Shown: positions 63,074 to 64,000 of the stretch, one piece after another
How the letters are laid out: every line of letters starts with the position of its first letter
Position numbering within the stretch: position 1 is the first letter of the stretch
IMG/VR virus record: IMGVR_UViG_3300020179_000005
Span: 124,001-188,000 of that record
Length of the DNA: 64,000 bases
Strand: one strand, 5' to 3'
Position numbers and translations under genes: made by a program
Notes under the pieces: generated by a model
Database searches by the model: none
What the model was told of the DNA's origin: nothing
The model's input: only the letters and a program-made list of their open reading frames with translations

Positions 63074-64000
63074 ATGCCAGGCGTGTATAATATAGTGCAG
63101 TATTCACCTGACAATTCTAATTGGTTTCAGGTAAGGAACACATCAATAACTGGTTATTATTCTTGCGTAAGAGCAGCAAGTGAATTATTTCCAGAAGACA
63201 GTTTTGATTTTCTCGTTCAGTCATTAGTGTCTCTACAGTATGTTGTTCCTACTGAGCTGATTTACGATCAGCAGGACTATAATTTACAGATGCGTTCGAA
63301 ACGGCATATACTGCCTATGGCAGTTAGATACGTAGACAAGTCTCAGTCTTATTATATTGAACGCCCACCATGCAGAATTAATGTTAAATACAAAAATGCG
63401 AGAGCGTCGCACAGCGCTCCGGAAGTTGAAGATTTGTTTATATGGGTACCTTGGACAATAACAATAATGCCAGTTACGTTCATAAATAAATATGATCCAG
63501 GCGATGTAAGGATTTATTATTCTCATTCTGCGTTGTCTTCTTCTACTCAAATGTATATTAATTCTTTGTTTCCCAATACGCATTCAGATGCAAGAATATG
63601 TTGGTCTGGTTCTTTTTCAAATTTATTGACTCATGTAAAAGATCAGTCCGACTTTAATACTTTTGATTATAGATACTGGCATTCTATGATTTTTAATGAT
63701 TACATGTTAGGTGGATGGAACAATGACCTGATATCAAGACCATTGTATGCTTTGTCTGGTAGAACTAACGTGGGAGAAGCTGGGATAGTTAATCAGATCT
63801 TAGAAGGAGATTATAAATCTAAGTATCCTTTGGTAGATATGTACAGAAATCCTCAATCTTATCCTGAGTTTTACGATAGGTTGGTTTCTGTTGTAATTAA
63901 CAAGTTTAATTTTTCTAGATCCAAGGCATTGGATGTTGTTTCAAATGCACAATATGATTCCTATATCAGTAATTACGATTACGTAAAATTATTGTCTTTT
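63074..64000 (+). CDS. Second prokaryotic E2-like protein, runs off the right edge
   Basis: Read by hand from ATG 63074 (GAGGAG RBS): IERPP…IWVPWTI…LFPNTHSDARICW…GWNNDL. Confidence 0.6.
   Translation, partial: MPGVYNIVQYSPDNSNWFQVRNTSITGYYSCVRAASELFPEDSFDFLVQSLVSLQYVVPTELIYDQQDYNLQMRSKRHILPMAVRYVDKSQSYYIERPPCRINVKYKNARASHSAPEVEDLFIWVPWTITIMPVTFINKYDPGDVRIYYSHSALSSSTQMYINSLFPNTHSDARICWSGSFSNLLTHVKDQSDFNTFDYRYWHSMIFNDYMLGGWNNDLISRPLYALSGRTNVGEAGIVNQILEGDYKSKYPLVDMYRNPQSYPEFYDRLVSVVINKFNFSRSKALDVVSNAQYDSYISNYDYVKLLSF

Overview
This is a 64-kb segment of a large (jumbo-type) phage genome, probably infecting Actinobacteria. It carries whiB, recA, a Clp-type AAA+ ATPase, six tRNA genes without encoded CCA and many short ORFans; I recognised no capsid, terminase or host housekeeping operons. 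Layout: (1) 1-8.6 kb, AT-rich minus-strand genes, several split by single-base frameshifts that mostly sit at CGG/CCGG. (2) 11.3-28 kb, a GC-richer array of small transcription cassettes. Each has a terminator, a conserved TTTATGRCTAG motif (17 copies), a leader from a small reusable set, and an ORF. The array also holds two hammerhead ribozymes and other repeated RNA structures, and ends in an 880-aa YonO/cellular-RdRP-like two-barrel RNA polymerase. (3) 27.6-38.8 kb, marked by a second motif (AAAATAGGGG, 8 copies) and a ~470-nt structured non-coding region, ending in a second, divergent 861-aa paralogous polymerase. (4) 38.8-40.7 kb, a nuclease-less Nop-domain protein (TasA-like), a 2OG-Fe(II) dioxygenase and a 37-nt-period dual-repeat TIGR-like array. 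(5) 41-53 kb, helicase, WhiB, proteases and tRNAs. (6) 53-64 kb, a phage ubiquitin-like conjugation cluster (E2-like x2, JAB, E1, Ubl, AAA ATPase). All protein calls rest on motifs recognised by eye; no database searches were run.
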